Of a stretch of DNA of 64,000 nt, positions 60,231 to 64,000 are shown one piece after another. The notes below the pieces were generated by a model, which searched no databases, was not told the DNA's origin, and saw only the letters and a list, made by a program, of their open reading frames with translations. Position 1 is the stretch's first letter. Each line of letters opens with the position of its first letter. The position numbers and the translations under genes were made by a program. Location: NCBI GenBank assembly GCA_964188305.1, contig OZ076885.1. One strand, given 5' to 3'. The stretch is from Podarcis bocagei. Its lineage: Eukaryota.

Positions 60231-60442
60231 CAGTGGTAACTTGGGTTAAGAACTTAATTCGTTCTGGAGGTCCATTCTTAACCTGAAACTGTTCTTAACC
60301 TGAGGTATCACTTTAGCTAATGGGGCCTCCCGCTGCCACCTGATTTCTGTTCTCATCCTGAAGCAAAGTTCTTAACCTGAGGTACTATTTCTGGGTTAGC
60401 GGAGTCTGTAACCTGAAGCGTCTGTAACCCAAGGTACCACGG
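60231..60442. mobile_element. Tc1/pogo MITE (second copy)
   Basis: CAGTGGTAAC...GGTACCACGG termini, TA flanks, homologous to 20249-20496. Confidence 0.8.
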
Positions 60443-63012
60443 TACAAGCTTTGCATGAATCTATAACATTCCATGTGAAATAAAGATGCAGGAGAAATAT
60501 ATAGTAAATTCCATTTACAGAAGATGAAAGGAAATAGAAGACAAGTAATAAGCATTTGTGATTCTTTGTGGTTGCACATTATTTTGCACTTGATTATTCC
60601 ACTCCAAACAATGACCATTTTTCAATAGAGTTTTTGCTTCCTTGCTGACATTTTTGATTTCTCTGTTTTTGATTATGTCTGTCAACTTTAGCATATCTCA
60701 TGTCCTGTTCAACCATTCTCTTAATGATGAGGAATCTTTCTCTTTCCACTTTTTGCAAATTGGCATTCTGGCAGCTGTAAGTAAATAAATAAGCATTTCT
60801 ATTTTCTCCCCGTTTCTTTCATTTTTTTATGTTACCAAACAAAATGACTAATAGGTCCTGAGTTAAATTATAACCTGCCATTTTCCCAATATTCCCCAAC
60901 AAAACTTCTTAATAAATGTACATTCTTATCCTCCTCACTCTATCGCCAACATTTGTCATCTGCTCCAGGACACATAGATACATATAAAAATACTGTAGAT
61001 AGATATCAAGACATTTCAATTCCTTGATGCATTTGGTTAATTTTTAAAAAACAAGAAAATAACTTCAAAAAGTTTTTGAAAACTGAGTTTAAGATACAAA
61101 CATTAGATGACAATAATGCCTGTAACAGTACATTAATGAGAGAATTGAGATGGTACTATGATGAGGCATCAAGGCTTCTGACTAGAAACAAAAGTCCAAT
61201 TAAGGAAGGTCTTTCAAATGTTGTATTAACCAAGATCAGATCTTCATGGGTTCATGGTGGATTATGGTTATTTTATGAAGTGGAAGCGTATTCAATAAAG
61301 CAATACCATACTCCTGGAATGTGTCTGATTCTGTTCCTTTTCACCTGGCCACATCCTGATACCAAATTTCTATTACATTTGTGTGTGAAGTTTTCCATTT
61401 TTTAAAGCAACTGTTAATCCTGAAGTTATTGCTACTGTTCTTGTGTGTTTTAAATTATTGCAAACTATCTTGTGAGAGTAGTGTGCCCTGAAAGGATTAG
61501 AAATCTATTAAATATAGTAACTAACTACAGCCTCCTATGGAAATGGAGGTTATCATCATCACATTGCAGCACAGCCAAGAAAAGAGAGCAGAGATGAAGC
61601 CCAGCAGGATGGATGGATGTACATAGAGACATAGTCAAGGCTTCTACACAAAGCTTATTCCCACCACCAGTCCAGCTGATAGTACACTCTCCTCTTCTTC
61701 ATTCCATCTTAATGCTCTTTTCATTGAGCAGACACTCCAGCATGGGCAAGAGGAGTTGGATAAATCAGCCCCCTTTCCCACGACCTTGAGCTCTAATTAA
61801 TGTCAGCTCATTAAAAAGATAATGGGCATTTATTACTGTTGCTCTGGCTTCTGATTAACCCACTTCTCCCTCCAACACTGCCAAAGGGAGGTGGGTAGCT
61901 GCTTCCTCTCAACCAAGTTAACCCTGAAGCAGGTGAGATTGACACCCATCTAGAAGCAGTGGGTAGTCTGGCAACAAAAAAGCAAGGGGGTGGAGGGAGC
62001 CTGGCTAGTGAAGTTGCACCCCACCCTGTGCATGCTAGAAATAAATTGCACCAAAGATAACTATCTCTTTTTGACAAAGGAATCCATTGTGAGCAAAACT
62101 TCACCTGCTGAATATTTGATTGTTTATTCCATCGGTTGACAACATGGTGTCTGTGGGCACATCCACACCTACAGAGGCCTTCCCTGCCAACCCAGAATCT
62201 ACCCTCTGCTGAAATTAGTCTTTAGATAGTCCTATTGCACTCAACAAAAAGTATTTCATTCCTAACTGTGAGGCCCATGCAGAGCTTGTCTGAAGCCCAG
62301 GGCAGGAGTCTAATTAGAATAAAATTATAAACTTAAACAAAAAAGTAGCCAGTCTCTGGAGGGTGCCACCATCCAATTTAGCCCTCTGAGGCCAGGAGCA
62401 AGCATACCCGGCTCCCGCCACCCCTGCCACACAGGCCTACTAATTGTGGTGGCATGTGTGTTAAACTTACCCCTGCATCTCTGTGCCCCCACAGAAAACA
62501 CTCCTCACTACAATTAGGGCTGAGAGAAGCCTTATACTGGTGCCAACAGAAGGCTTTTTTTTACACAGCCCAATTGCAAGGGAGGAGGGGCGGTTTTTGG
62601 AAATCAACTGGTGAAGGTAAAATTTAATCCCATCCTTGCCCACAGTATTTATTATTATTTTTTATATTTTTCAAGTCTAATTGTTGGAGGGGGGCATCTT
62701 CTTGGAGATTGCCGCTGGATAGGGAAATGTAACTCTTGCCTCCCCATACATATATTCTCTTCTTGCCCTCATTATGCTTGGAGAGGAAAACAAAAACATT
62801 TTTTCAAGCCTAATCGCTGTCACAGTTACCTGTTTGTGGTGTGTGCCTGGTGCAGTGTATATATGCTTGTGTGGTTGCAATATGTTTGTGGCGTGTGTAC
62901 AGTTTGTGAGAATTTTTCACTTCAGCCACCAAATAATTTGATGCTCCTGGCATACTCTGCACTTTGCCATTTGCTGCTCTGCCTCAGGTAGCAAAATGGC
63001 TTGAGCTCTATA

Positions 63013-63187
63013 AAAGGTAAAGGGACCCCTGACCATTAGGTCCAGTTGTGACTGACTCTGGGGTTGCGGCGCTTATCTCGCTTTATTGGCCAAGGGAGCC
63101 GGCGTACAGCTTCTGGGTCATGTGACCAGCATAACTAAGCTGCTTCTGGCGAACCAGAGCAGCGCACGGAAACACCTTTACCTTCCC
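63013..63187 (-). mobile_element. Sauria SINE 3' half
   Basis: aaaggtaaagggacccctgaccattaggtccag...gggtcatgtg.ccagcat.actaagc...accagagcagcgcacggaaac. Confidence 0.85.
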
Positions 63188-63659
63188 AGACAGAGGCAAA
63201 TCAGGAGCCAAAAGCCCTGAGACTGACACCATCTCTCTTTTTTATGAATTTATTTTCTGTAGCTTTAACAACAGCTGGATGTGGCTGCTAGACATGATGG
63301 CTGCGTTCTTCATCCACTGCTGGAAGACAGTGTGCTTCTGAATACCAGTTGCTGGCAAGTGCCAGGCTTCCCACATGCATCTGGTGGAGGGCTGTGAGAA
63401 CGGGATGTGGGACTAGATGGGCCTTTCACCCCATCCAGCAAGGCTCTTCCGATGTCCTTATCATGATAATCTCCATTAAATGAAAAGCTGCGGCTTTTGA
63501 TTTCTGCATGCCAAGTCTGGAAGGGAGCTTATTTGTGTTTCTGGCCAGTTGGCAACCCTCACTTGTGGTCCAGGCAAGAGCAAGGAGTCCCTTCTGTTCC
63601 TTACCCTGATGGAGCGAGACCCTCAAACGACCTTCCCTTCCAATCCAGGTGCCATCGTG

Positions 63660-64000
63660 TGGGTGTGAACGCCATAAATAAAGCGCCGACTCGCTTCTCC
63701 CCCGGCAGCCTTTAAGGCTAATGAGCCCCATTATATCAATCACTCCGCTTAGCGCGGCTCTATTAGCCGGAGCGGTGGCGGATCAATCAGGCTGAGGACT
63801 TCACCTCGTCACGCTGACACCTCGGAGGCGAGGGCCACGCCGGGCGCTGCTCGCTTATTGACTCCTTGCCTAGGGAATAGATTAAACAAATTAAATTTCT
63901 GGGGCGTTTCGGATCGCCGCCGGAGGGGGCTGCCTGCCTGCGGGGGAAAGGAGCGAGGCGCACCACTGGGGCGCACCATTCTCGCCACGTTTCGTTCTCT
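63660..64000. promoter_or_regulatory. CpG-rich candidate enhancer with two Pbx-Hox TGATTGAT sites
   Basis: ATCAATCA at 63735-42 and 63782-89, CCATAAA, several TAAT cores, non-repetitive. Confidence 0.5.

Noticed and set aside
61076-61405. 109-aa ORF as a host gene
   Set aside because: No splice or domain support; GGL...Y..AY spacing suggests an old L1 ORF2 relic.

Overview
Vertebrate genomic DNA, most likely a squamate and probably a lacertid lizard (Sauria SINEs, L1/L2/CR1/Rex1/Penelope LINE fragments, hAT and Tc1/pogo MITEs). It holds two minus-strand genes. CFAP65 (CCDC108) has 16 phase-compatible coding exons from 18062 down to 101, about 995 aa in this window, and continues past the left edge; its CpG promoter carries a palindromic RFX X-box. 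The complete 3-exon homeobox gene MNX2/MNR2 runs 51655 to 29216 (303 aa). This is the CCDC108-MNR2 linkage known from the chicken Rose-comb locus. The most unusual content is mobile. (1) A 1.8-kb TSD-flanked 'half-L1'-like retroelement with one intact 196-aa ORF that I could not assign and no ORF2 (20881-22696). (2) A very young 7.4-kb ERV-like element with apparently identical 664-bp LTRs, a 4-bp TSD, a tRNA-Arg PBS carrying a 4-nt duplication and a 6.1-kb interior with no recognisable gag/pol/env, inside MNX2 intron 1. (3) A chimeric L1 made of two L1 lineages. (4) A Penelope-type minimal hammerhead motif in the sense strand of the MNX2 intron. Several homeodomain/Pbx-Hox motif clusters are candidate MNX2 enhancers. 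All family assignments come from reading the sequence and recalled family motifs; no database searches were run.
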